Below, one piece after another: positions 38,496-47,369 of a stretch of DNA of 64,000 nt. Made by a program: the position numbers and the translations under genes. Source of the DNA: a virus; IMG/VR virus record IMGVR_UViG_3300033233_000004, positions 96,001-160,000 of that record, one strand, 5' to 3'. The number at the start of each line of letters is the position of its first letter. Within the stretch, counting starts at the first letter, position 1. Under the pieces are notes generated by a model that saw only the letters and a list, made by a program, of their open reading frames with translations, ran no database searches and was not told where the DNA came from.

Positions 38496-38569
38496 TGGAC
38501 ACAGGTGAGATTCGAACTCACAACCTCCGCATTGCAGGTGCGGCGCATTCCCATTAATGCTACTGGCCC
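38496..38569 (-). tRNA. tRNA-Ala(TGC), C33
   Basis: Cloverleaf, loop CCTGCAA. Confidence 0.82.
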
Positions 38570-38688
38570 CAAAAAGTCATTACACTGGTCAACCACTGCG
38601 CTACCCATCTGGATTGCTCTATGCGGTTATGGATTGTCTCCGCCGAATAGTCCAGCATAAGCCTTGTCCGTTGTATGCAATGACTTTG

Positions 38689-38761
38689 TACCATCATACA
38701 GATTCGAACTGTATCTTTGAAGTCCACAACTTCACGTGCTATCCATTAACACTATGATGGC
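38689..38761 (-). tRNA. tRNA-His(GTG)
   Basis: Cloverleaf, loop TTGTGGA. Confidence 0.88.
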
Positions 38762-39058
38762 ATAATACTTCCAGACCCAACGTTTGAGGGTTATAAAGAC
38801 CCAAGTCTGGAAGTTATTTTTATACTATGTTCCCATCCACCGCTTATGCAGCAGATACACTGTCCATTCAGCCTCACAATTATGACGACCGTTAAAGTGG
38901 GAACTTCTTTTTTTAACCTCTGGCGAAGTTGTCTCCGCTTTCCACTCGACTGGCGAACGATTTGAGAAGTAGGTTTCGAGCCTTGTTTCATTTGTCGTTC
39001 CTAAATCAGAGGGTGTTACCTGAATCATTCTCTTAAATTGTCGTCCAATGATTCATTG

Positions 39059-39135
39059 CAGGACGTAGAGGAATCGAACCTCTTCGCTATTTGCACAGGT
39101 TTTGGAGACCTGCCGGAGACCATCTCCCACGTCCC
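39059..39135 (-). tRNA. tRNA-Trp(CCA)
   Basis: Cloverleaf, loop CTCCAAA, slightly long variable loop. Confidence 0.8.
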
Positions 39136-39356
39136 ATTTGTGGTACCTTCCATAGAACCTCTTAAGATGCTGAGAAAGATACCATAATTTTATTAAGTCC
39201 CTTATCTGCGGTTTTTGCACAGTGAACTGTGCAAAAATACTCACAAAGGGACTATAAATACGGGATAACCTACAGGTGCGACCTGCTTCTGTATCGTCGG
39301 ATTATCAGCGACTATCCAATATCAAGATTCCCTTGAATCCTGTTCTTGGAGTGGTG

Positions 39357-39432
39357 TAGCAAGAGCAGGATTCAAACCTGCGATTTCTTGATTATGAGTC
39401 AAGCGAGGACGGTCAGACTCCTCTATCTTGCA
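39357..39432 (-). tRNA. tRNA-Met(CAT), initiator-like
   Basis: Loop CTCATAA; unpaired 1:72. Confidence 0.8.
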
Positions 39433-39433
39433 G

Positions 39434-39507
39434 TCAAGGTGACAGGATTCGAACCTGCGACTTTCTGGCCCCAAACCAGACGCTCTACCAGACTGAGCCA
39501 CACCCTG
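39434..39507 (-). tRNA. tRNA-Pro(TGG)
   Basis: Canonical cloverleaf, loop TTTGGGG. Confidence 0.92.
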
Positions 39508-39597
39508 AAGTTATCTAAAAAACAAACCATTTTGACTACGCTCTGAATCTCGTTTACAACCATTGCAGAATTTGACCATAAAAATCAACTACCTTAG

Positions 39598-40010
39598 TGG
39601 ACGTGTCGGCAATCGAAGCCGAGTCCAAAGTACTACTAATAAAAAATCATTCACAGGTTTAGTCAGGCTTAGAACTCTTTGGTGCCACTACAAACCCGAC
39701 GAACTCAGGCAACCGCAACAAAGCATTTGTTCAGTCCACGGTGCTTTGTACCTTCCGTGTTTCGCCATCTCCACCATCTGGTTTTTTGTCGTTGTGAGGT
39801 GTGTCAAACAGACCATATACCAGAACCTCACGAACTTATACCATTACTGGCACAAGTTCACTCTCGTCTGCAAAGACCAAAATACCAGCCTCGTCAACGA
39901 AAGCCGTAGAAGATTTAGCTTCTGCGTTTGTGTTTTTTAGTTACATTACGGTGTAACAACCCCGACCTGCATTCTTTACTAATTTTACCCTGTCGAATCC
40001 TTTCACGCCC
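39598..40010 (-). ncRNA. ssrA: tmRNA
   Basis: 5' GGGCGTGAAAGGATTCGAC; 3' T arm TCGGCTTCGATTGCCGA-CACGTCCA with G3.U; tag ORF 39925-39836 resuming at GCA. Confidence 0.9.
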
Positions 40011-40046
40011 ATTGTATTACAACTATCTCTTTTTTCTCTGCTCTTT

Positions 40047-40319
40047 TTACAAGTGTCGATGACCAGTGTATACAAAATGCTTTCTGTAAATTTCTCGTGT
40101 TGGTTTCCTATTACTACCATTTGTTAAGAACAACTCAGGATGCTCATCTCCTTGTTTGGTAACAAATACCGAAAAGGTATTACAAGCTAAGAATTCGTCA
40201 GCACATCTTTTCTGGAATACACATGTATCACAAGGCGACGGAACCAGAAGTTCACCCATGGATGCTTCAATTATGGATGCTTCTTCCTGCGTAAGATATT
40301 TTTGAATAAGATTACTCAT
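40047..40319 (-). CDS. Hypothetical Cys-containing protein
   Basis: AAGGAG SD directly behind a promoter; PCDTC...RC...LAC. Confidence 0.65.
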   Translation of the reverse strand: MSNLIQKYLTQEEASIIEASMGELLVPSPCDTCVFQKRCADEFLACNTFSVFVTKQGDEHPELFLTNGSNRKPTREIYRKHFVYTGHRHL

Positions 40320-40337
40320 GTATCTCCTTGTTTGAGT

Positions 40338-40366
40338 AATATACTCATATCATCTGTAAAAGTCAA
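40338..40366 (-). promoter_or_regulatory. Sigma70-type early promoter
   Basis: TTGACT-17-TATATT. Confidence 0.7.
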
Positions 40367-40386
40367 GTGAAGTCTAAACTTTTTTG

Positions 40387-40459
40387 TGGGGCAAGTAGGA
40401 GTCGAACCTGCTTATCTGGATTTTCAGTCCAGCACACTGACCACCAGTGTTATCACCCC
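40387..40459 (-). tRNA. tRNA-Phe(GAA)
   Basis: Cloverleaf, loop CTGAAAA. Confidence 0.88.
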
Positions 40460-40648
40460 AATAAGAGGCTGTCTCTAATGTATGTCTCCTACAGTGCAAC
40501 AGCCTCTTGGCTCTCGAAGGAGTCCTTTATTTGCTTTGTAGGCTAACAGCTTGTTTTTACCACAACGTCTTGTAGTATGGGTCAAGCATTATTCCCATGT
40601 CCTGTATCTCAACATCCCATAGAACGTTGAGGTTCAGTTTTTTGAAAA

Positions 40649-40722
40649 TCGTCCCTGTCGGAATCCGACCGACATCTCTCCTTGAAAATAAGGAGTGTTC
40701 TAAGCAGTTAAACTAAGGGCAT
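40649..40722 (-). pseudogene. Degenerate tRNA-like sequence
   Basis: D, anticodon and T arms present, but the loop is not 7 nt and the acceptor stem is frayed. Confidence 0.45.
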
Positions 40723-40724
40723 TT

Positions 40725-40952
40725 CTATGATTTCGATATTTCATTTACACCATGTTTTTCTAAGCAGTCTGGCGTAATACAATTTCCTTCTGAATCAACT
40801 TGTATTGGGCCACAACCTTCACAGAGAACTACAGCATATAATCCTTGTGCTTCTTCTTCTATTGTTGTTATTCCAACAAAATCACCTTTATGAATGTCAC
40901 CACCATTATGTGGATATAAATTCTCTGCACATTGTCTACAGAATTCTGCCAT
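40725..40952 (-). CDS. Hypothetical Cys-rich protein
   Basis: MAEFCRQC...LCEGCG...GNC; GGAG SD. Confidence 0.65.
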   Translation of the reverse strand: MAEFCRQCAENLYPHNGGDIHKGDFVGITTIEEEAQGLYAVVLCEGCGPIQVDSEGNCITPDCLEKHGVNEISKS

Positions 40953-41134
40953 ATTATCTCCTCTTTGGTAATCTTATTTCACTACGTCCATCATTAGGGT
41001 CGAAAGACTCGTATCCACGATACCTAAAGAATTGTTGTGACTTTTTATTCTTATCTAACACAACGTTATTCTTGACTATTCTAAAACCAGTTGGATATTG
41101 GTCAATAAGTTTTCGCTGTTGTTTATTATGCTTT

Positions 41135-41350
41135 TCATTGCTTAAAAATGTCATCTGAGGCTCCAACTAAAATCTCTCCATGGGCACCTTTTAAAAGAAT
41201 AACATTTACACCCTTTTCAAATAGGTTTCGTGCCACTTTATACTCATCGACATTAGTCAGAACCTGATTGTGTTTGTAACCAGAGTCTTTGATAGCTTTA
41301 ATTTCTCGATGAGAGGTATGCCATGCAAACACTGTTACTTTTTCAGCCAT
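41135..41350 (-). CDS. Hypothetical protein
   Basis: Packed small ORF. Confidence 0.55.
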   Translation of the reverse strand: MAEKVTVFAWHTSHREIKAIKDSGYKHNQVLTNVDEYKVARNLFEKGVNVILLKGAHGEILVGASDDIFKQ

Positions 41351-41352
41351 AT

Positions 41353-41583
41353 TTACCCTTTGTCAAAATGTTTGTATTTTTCGGTAAAGGATACAAATCT
41401 GACTTCTATATCTTGCAATGCATCTGAAACACAAGCGTAAGGGCCATACGTAGTAATCATATTACCATGAATCACCATAGTAGCATACCAACAACCATTT
41501 CCCTTGTCCCAATAGATACCACAACCATCTTGTTCAGTACCACAGGTAAAATGTCTTGTTCTTTTATCATATGTCCATACCAT
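41353..41583 (-). CDS. Hypothetical protein
   Basis: AGGAG SD. Confidence 0.6.
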   Translation of the reverse strand: MVWTYDKRTRHFTCGTEQDGCGIYWDKGNGCWYATMVIHGNMITTYGPYACVSDALQDIEVRFVSFTEKYKHFDKG

Positions 41584-41600
41584 AGAATCTCCTGTTTACG

Positions 41601-41691
41601 CGGTAAGTGACGGATTCGAACCCTCAAAACATCTTTCGACGTTCAACCAATTTTCAAGATTGGGCCTCGCACCAATGAGGTCAGACTTACC
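41601..41691 (-). tRNA. tRNA-Ser(TGA)
   Basis: Cloverleaf, loop CTTGAAA, long variable arm. Confidence 0.88.
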
Positions 41692-42099
41692 AAAACTAAC
41701 CTATTTTGAATACTATCTATAATTTGAACATTTGTGCAAGGCAAAACAGACACAAATACCCAACCGTTATCTGCAAGCCGTTGTCATTCGTAGCGGCTCA
41801 CTGCCATCACCTAATTTCCGTTGTGGCACGACCTATCCGCTTTTTTCTGTCAAGCCAAATTCGTTGTTTCCGACAATGAAAAACTCATGCTCTCTGTCAT
41901 CAATGAGATAATCATCGTCCTGTAATTCCGGTTTGTTCTTGGTGACAAATACTACTCCGTTGGGTTGTAATGCTAACCATACCTTTATCTTCATGTCTTT
42001 CGCTCCTTTTCAAAATCTAAACAGGTGAGGTTTTGAATCTCTGGTTCATCTGCTGATACTACAGATGCGTCTTCTTCTCTTTAGACGATACCTGTTGTG

Positions 42100-42171
42100 A
42101 GCCGCAAATGTGAATCGAACACACACCACCTGACATACCAAGTCAGTGCACTACCATTATGCTACTGCGGC
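42100..42171 (-). tRNA. tRNA-Thr(GGT)
   Basis: Cloverleaf, loop TTGGTAT. Confidence 0.88.
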
Positions 42172-42185
42172 ATTACTTATTATTA

Positions 42186-42257
42186 GGCCAACGACTTGAC
42201 TTGAACAAGCATCTCTCGATTACGAAACGAGAATTCTACCACTTAAACTACGCTGGC
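42186..42257 (-). tRNA. tRNA-Thr(CGT)
   Basis: Cloverleaf, loop TTCGTAA. Confidence 0.8.
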
Positions 42258-42415
42258 GTTTCTTTCTTCCACATAATGGTAGATAATCTCACCAAATGGA
42301 ACGACAGTGACCTTTGACTTCATTTGAGAAGTTTGAGGAGTCTTTGGATGTCCAAAAAAAGCACTATAAATCCAAGCTCCAATTAACATTGATATAAGGT
42401 TAAGTCCCATGATGT

Positions 42416-42444
42416 AATGTACATAATCGTAAATCAAAAGTCAA
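42416..42444 (-). promoter_or_regulatory. Sigma70-type early promoter
   Basis: TTGACT-17-TACATT. Confidence 0.65.
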
Positions 42445-42461
42445 GGTAAATCTGAACTATT

Positions 42462-42536
42462 TGGAGCCACAAATCCGATTCGAACGGATGCCATTATCTT
42501 ACAGGGATAATATACTTCCAACTATACTATTGTGGC
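42462..42536 (-). tRNA. tRNA-Thr(TGT), C33
   Basis: Cloverleaf with CCA, loop CCTGTAA. Confidence 0.82.
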
Positions 42537-42540
42537 ATTG

Positions 42541-42612
42541 AGACCAGAGTGGAATTCGAATCCACATACGTAGTTTTGCGGACTACTACCTAAGCCCTTC
42601 GGTCATCTGGTC
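42541..42612 (-). tRNA. tRNA-Cys(GCA), C33
   Basis: Cloverleaf, loop CCGCAAA, U73. Confidence 0.85.
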
Positions 42613-42823
42613 AATGTCTAATTAAACGTTGCTACTTCAACAACCAATTGGGATTTCTGTCATAGTTGTTGCGAGCATAAAGTATGACAGAAATAACATT
42701 CGCCTTTTGGAAACTTTGGTAAAACTTTCATATGCTCAATTTCAATCTCAAAGAATGCTTCCAACTCTTCATTTGATTTAAGATGGAATTTCTTTTTATT
42801 TCATCAATGAATCTACCCATGTG

Positions 42824-42895
42824 CTGCGGACGAATGAATCGAACATTCATGATAGGCTTCAGAGACCTACATCTTATCCATTAGATGAATCCGCA
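42824..42895 (-). tRNA. tRNA-Gln(CTG)
   Basis: Cloverleaf, loop CTCTGAA. Confidence 0.85.
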
Positions 42896-42896
42896 A

Positions 42897-43203
42897 TTAT
42901 TTCTTTTTATCAGTTTTCTCACGAGTACGAAGCTCATTAAATAGAGCTACAACAGCGTCCGCCGATTTCAAATCCTTCTTGCGTTCTATTGCTCCTACTA
43001 CAGCGTAAGGATAAAAACTTCGCCAAGTATCTGTACTCGCAAAGTACGTGATACTGAATCTATGTTCCCAATTTTGTAATGTAACTACAAGATGGGGTGT
43101 ACCATTGAGTGAAAATCTGAATTCCGCACCTTCAATTTTTTCACCCAACTCTTTAATCTTGGCTTCAATAACTGCTGAGAATTTGGTTATTCTGTTTCCC
43201 ATA
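42897..43203 (-). CDS. Hypothetical protein (start at about MGNRITK)
   Basis: ORF between tRNAs with GAGG SD. Confidence 0.55.
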
Positions 43204-43223
43204 TTAGGTTCCTCAATCTGTTG

Positions 43224-43298
43224 TGGCTCCGACAGCAAGAGTCGAACTTGCAACTCCACGGTTAACAGCCGTGTACTCTGCCATTGAGTTATGTCGGA
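43224..43298 (-). tRNA. tRNA-Asn(GTT)
   Basis: Canonical cloverleaf with CCA. Confidence 0.92.
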
Positions 43299-44043
43299 AT
43301 AAAATCTGATGTTCTATTTCCCGCCAAGAGTAGGATAGGTAACTCTAACAAGTGTTACTCTCACCCGCATACTCGGTGCCTATCTATGTGTATGCGACCC
43401 AAGGTAACACAGCGTACATAGATACATCAGAAAGCTTCAAATTCTCCTATATAACTAATACCATATTCCAAAATAGGAAAATCAGAAGTCATGATTTCAT
43501 CTTCCATACGAAAAGCTTCTATAACAGCTTCTTCTTTTGTCTGAAATACTTTAGAAGTTCCAAAATAACTTCTCAAAGTATCTTTTCTTTCTTGAGAACC
43601 TTCTGGATAATAATCTATATTCTCATTAGATCGTCAGAGGTCTACTCAAAGTGTCTTCTCGACACATCCAGTATCAACAATTCAAAGTAGCGAACTTCAA
43701 ATTTACACTGGTCTTAGTTTTCACCAACGATTGATACCTTATCACGTCCCAAAATAGTTCTTTTGACTGGATTCGAACCAGTAATCATTCGCTTCTTGTG
43801 CACATGGGCGAATACGGGTATTCCGCTCGGCTGCCAGTTTCGACACAAAAGAACACGATATATCTCCTTTTTTTATGAACCAATAGAATAACCACGCTCT
43901 TTTAAAGCAGCAAGTATCTTTTTTGCTTCAGAAATAGCTGCTTCTTTTGTATAACTTTCGTCGCTTATTGAACGAAATCCATACAGAATAGTTGCGATGT
44001 CTTCAACAAATAATTTTTCCATAAAAGTATCCTTCTTTCTTTG

Positions 44044-44128
44044 TGTATCAGGATGGATTCGAACCACCAAGGATTTCTCCTACTTGTGGGTTACAGCCAC
44101 ATGCCTTACCAATTGAGGCTACAGATAC
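44044..44128 (-). tRNA. tRNA-Tyr(GTA)
   Basis: Loop CTGTAAC, long variable arm. Confidence 0.88.
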
Positions 44129-44157
44129 AAACTTGTAATGGACTCCCAAATTTAATG

Positions 44158-44228
44158 CGGAGCCAGAGAGAATCGAACTCTCAATCCTTGCGTGACAGGC
44201 AAGCAGTTTGCCATTAACTTATGACTCC
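44158..44228 (-). tRNA. tRNA-Asp(GTC)
   Basis: Loop CTGTCAC, G73. Confidence 0.88.
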
Positions 44229-44263
44229 AAATATTAACATTAGAATCTCCCTTATACTTCAAC

Positions 44264-44292
44264 AATATACACACTGAAAACGTAAAAGTCAA
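44264..44292 (-). promoter_or_regulatory. Sigma70-type promoter heading the tRNA array
   Basis: TTGACT-17-TATATT. Confidence 0.72.
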
Positions 44293-44547
44293 GAGAAATC
44301 TGAACTATTTTTTAAAGTGACTGGTGGAACAGATGTGTAATTATCAGTCACTTCGGGCAGCTTCTCCCCAATGACCAATAAGGTAATTAGGTGAGTTTTT
44401 TAGTTGAAAAGCAATAATTAGGTGTGCGGGTTATGCCCATGGTGGAATGTATCCACACCGATTCTTGTTTTGTGATATGTGATGCTGCTTTCATGTATAA
44501 TAGTTAGTAGTAATATTTTCTTTTTATAGAGGATTTGGAAGATTTTT

Positions 44548-45006
44548 TTAGTCTTTCAGGACACCTATAAATTTGGGGTTTTTGAGCAGTTCATTCATCA
44601 ATTCTACAACAGGTTCCCGTTCTAATTCTCCATTACCAGTACCCAATACTGGTACATATACCGATGTATTAGAAAACTCATTAGCATGCTCCTCAAGCCA
44701 CATCAAGGATTCAGTAATGATGAATATATCCGAAGGTTGTTTCCATGACAACTGTGGTTTCTTCTTATTGAGACCTTTTGATGGAACACAAATCAGTCGA
44801 TATTCTTTGAAATATTGATGTGGTTGATATGCCTGACAGAAGGCACCATATATAATTGGAAGTTCTGGAAACATCTGTGCAGCATCTCGTGCCAAACCTC
44901 GACCCATAACATTCTCGCCAGAATTTTTCCACCCTGCATTCGTCGGAATAACGATTACTCTTCCAATACTGTGAAACTGCCAAATATTACCAGTAACCCA
45001 TTGCAT
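44548..45006 (-). CDS. Macro-domain-like protein
   Basis: VTGNIW, VIPTN, VMGRGLA, VPVLGTGNGEL. Confidence 0.78.
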   Translation of the reverse strand: MQWVTGNIWQFHSIGRVIVIPTNAGWKNSGENVMGRGLARDAAQMFPELPIIYGAFCQAYQPHQYFKEYRLICVPSKGLNKKKPQLSWKQPSDIFIITESLMWLEEHANEFSNTSVYVPVLGTGNGELEREPVVELMNELLKNPKFIGVLKD

Positions 45007-45011
45007 ACAAA

Positions 45012-45404
45012 TTATTCCTCTTTAGATTCTTCTGATGGTGGAACATGCGGCTTAACAATCACACCTTTATCAGATACTTCTATTTCGCCAAGTTCATCCT
45101 CTTCTTCAACCAATTCGAATTGTTCACAACCACATTCACACGACAATGGAGTATTATGGACTTTATTAAGAAGCTGAATTAACATATCTTCAACAGCATG
45201 CTTACTACCAAATGCTGCTTTGAAGTTGAAAACATTTCCTTTCTCATCAGCAACAGCAACTCCAATATGAGCATGAACAAGTCTGCCAGCATCATCTGCA
45301 TTTATTACTTCCTGTAATTTGTTGATAGTACTTTCTATCTCTTCACGTGCAGTTTCCATTGCTTTTTCAAACTCTGGATTGGGTTGTAATATTTCGTCGC
45401 TCAT
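45012..45404 (-). CDS. Acidic hypothetical protein
   Basis: 130-aa packed ORF. Confidence 0.6.
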   Translation of the reverse strand: MSDEILQPNPEFEKAMETAREEIESTINKLQEVINADDAGRLVHAHIGVAVADEKGNVFNFKAAFGSKHAVEDMLIQLLNKVHNTPLSCECGCEQFELVEEEDELGEIEVSDKGVIVKPHVPPSEESKEE

Positions 45405-45413
45405 AGTATCAAT

Positions 45414-45671
45414 TCAGGATGGTTTTTTTGGTAGTTCAATAGTTTGTTTTGGTTTTGTTCGTGGGTCTGGCTTTCCACCGGAGAATGCGCCGCCATTGAC
45501 AAGATGAAACCATCCATTAATAGGTTTCAATTTCATCATACATTCTGGACATACACAACCGTCCCATATCAGTTCCCACCCAAGAGGACAAAATATACCA
45601 GAAGCCTGTATGTAACAATAATCACATGTCCACACAGGTAACGATGCCGACAAATTCTCCTTTATGCCCAT
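45414..45671 (-). CDS. Hypothetical Zn-finger protein
   Basis: CDYC...CPEC. Confidence 0.5.
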   Translation of the reverse strand: MGIKENLSASLPVWTCDYCYIQASGIFCPLGWELIWDGCVCPECMMKLKPINGWFHLVNGGAFSGGKPDPRTKPKQTIELPKKPS

Positions 45672-46258
45672 GGATTTTCTTTCACTGGATAATCTTTGAA
45701 GTCATCAAACAACGACACACCTTCGATTAACCGCGCAATAGCCTCTGCTTCCCAAATTGCCCCGTTAAGTGCGTAATGCGGTGTTGGCTCATTAGGAATA
45801 CCAAGCTTCTCATAGATAAACGATGCTGACATATCCTTGGGATACCAGAAACCTTTCCACTGACGATAATGCGTATGCGCAACTGTATGCAGGTCATATA
45901 CTCGATGCGTGAATATATTCAAAGTCTTCTTGAGACCACAACGTTCCATTTCTTGTGTGATAAAATCAAGGTCAAACTTCGAATTATGTCCAGCCAGAAC
46001 AGGTGATGTATTTTGCTCCCGGCACCACGCAAAAAAATTAGATAATACAACTACTATTGGGTCTGGTAACGCTTTCAAGGATTCTACTGTCATTCCATTG
46101 ACATCTAAGGCACCTTGTGTAATCTCAACATTGGCACTTGGACGACCTTCTCCATAAAAATACTGTGTTGGGTCATCATAATTAACAGCACCTATACTAA
46201 TAATACCGTGAAGCCACGGTTTCAAACCTGTTGTCTCGACATCAACTACAATAGGCAT
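45662..46258 (-). CDS. DEDDh 3'-5' exonuclease (RNase T/DnaQ-like)
   Basis: VDVETTG, AGHNSKFD, YDLHT, HYALNGA; start MPIVVD. Confidence 0.85.
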   Translation of the reverse strand: MPIVVDVETTGLKPWLHGIISIGAVNYDDPTQYFYGEGRPSANVEITQGALDVNGMTVESLKALPDPIVVVLSNFFAWCREQNTSPVLAGHNSKFDLDFITQEMERCGLKKTLNIFTHRVYDLHTVAHTHYRQWKGFWYPKDMSASFIYEKLGIPNEPTPHYALNGAIWEAEAIARLIEGVSLFDDFKDYPVKENPWA

Positions 46259-46266
46259 GTGATGCC

Positions 46267-46857
46267 TCACTCTGTCGTATTTGAATTGTGTTCGCCACTT
46301 TGTTGTTGCTCTCCATTTGTAGTGCCGCAAGCAGCCATCTTGCGCTCGTAGTAGTGGAGAGACTTATTAATCTTACGAATAGCCGTCTCTGCTCTCTTTG
46401 CTTTTGTGAACCATCGTTTCTTTCGGTCATACAACTGGATGATCTTAGCTTCGTCGGTTCTTTCTTTCGGTTTTGGCTCTTGTCGGAATCGCAAAAAGAA
46501 GCCACGCACATACTCAACATTGAACGTCTCATCCTTTGCCATGTCACCATGCTTCAGTCCACGGCAATGACACAACTCATGCAAGAGCGTTCTCGCTATG
46601 TTCATTGCCGGGTCATCATCTTTCCGGCACGAGTGAACTCGGTCTGCATCCTTCGATATTTTGAGAACAACCACCCCACTATTATAATAGGCATAACCGC
46701 CACAAAAGCCATCCCGCACTCGTCGGTAAATACAGGTGATGCTAACCCGCTCCGGCTTCGTGTGAGTTCTCCAATATTCTTTCATCACGGTGGAGACGAT
46801 ACGCCGGATGTCCCTGTTCTGATACTTTGTCTTATTGTAAATTGCGATTCGGCTCAT
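46267..46857 (-). CDS. HExxH metalloprotease-like (SprT-like) protein
   Basis: GGYAY...TLLHELCHCRGLKH; AAGGAG SD before MSRIAIY. Confidence 0.55.
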   Translation of the reverse strand: MSRIAIYNKTKYQNRDIRRIVSTVMKEYWRTHTKPERVSITCIYRRVRDGFCGGYAYYNSGVVVLKISKDADRVHSCRKDDDPAMNIARTLLHELCHCRGLKHGDMAKDETFNVEYVRGFFLRFRQEPKPKERTDEAKIIQLYDRKKRWFTKAKRAETAIRKINKSLHYYERKMAACGTTNGEQQQSGEHNSNTTE

Positions 46858-47109
46858 TGCTTGGCTCTCCTTTCTTGGCTCGGACACCGTGTCCTTGCAT
46901 ACTACAATATAACACATGACATTTTTGTCGTTCACTCGGTTGCGATTCTGTTCTGTGTTCGCAAGTCAACACGGTCTAAGTCATTACGCATCGGTCAATA
47001 ATTCTGTCAAGAGCGTTTCCCGAATTGCGCTCGATCTCGTTTGGAAGTTGCCGATTGCCGCTCACGCTCACAAGAAAATTTATTTTCAAGAGCCTGATTC
47101 CTGTTCCGA

Positions 47110-47343
47110 CTGTCATCTCATACACACGTGCGAGTTGCAACGGGGAATCATGAATCAAATCAGAATCTCAGCAAACTGTCATCTCATACACACGTGCGAG
47201 TTGCAACATCTGACCGAGCCGTAAGATGTTGATCGCAGCATTCCTGTCATCTCATACACACGTGCGAGTTGCAACACGAACACTCTCTTCTATGAGGATG
47301 ATTACCACAAGCTGTCATCTCATACACACGTGCGAGTTGCAAC
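47110..47343. CRISPR. CRISPR array: 4 identical 32-bp repeats, 3 spacers (34, 36, 36 bp)
   Basis: CTGTCATCTCATACACACGTGCGAGTTGCAAC at 47110, 47176, 47244 and 47312. Confidence 0.95.
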
Positions 47344-47369
47344 CACTATACAAATCTGTCAACACCAGT

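Noticed and set aside
42620-43630. Genes at 42620-42820 and 43428-43630
   Set aside because: Protein-like frames, but frameshifted or lacking a start; probably decayed, with no supportable function.
27248-44070. Many ORF-track entries overlapping tRNAs, tmRNA or RNase P (e.g. 27248-27673, 31963-32283, 33960-34292, 39563-39940)
   Set aside because: Shadow ORFs arising from GC-rich structural RNA genes.
47043-47109. Fifth degenerate CRISPR repeat to the left of the array
   Set aside because: The sequence at the expected spacing shows no meaningful similarity to the repeat.
47142-47311. Self-targets for spacers 1 and 3
   Set aside because: No match noticed within the window by eye; needs BLASTn.
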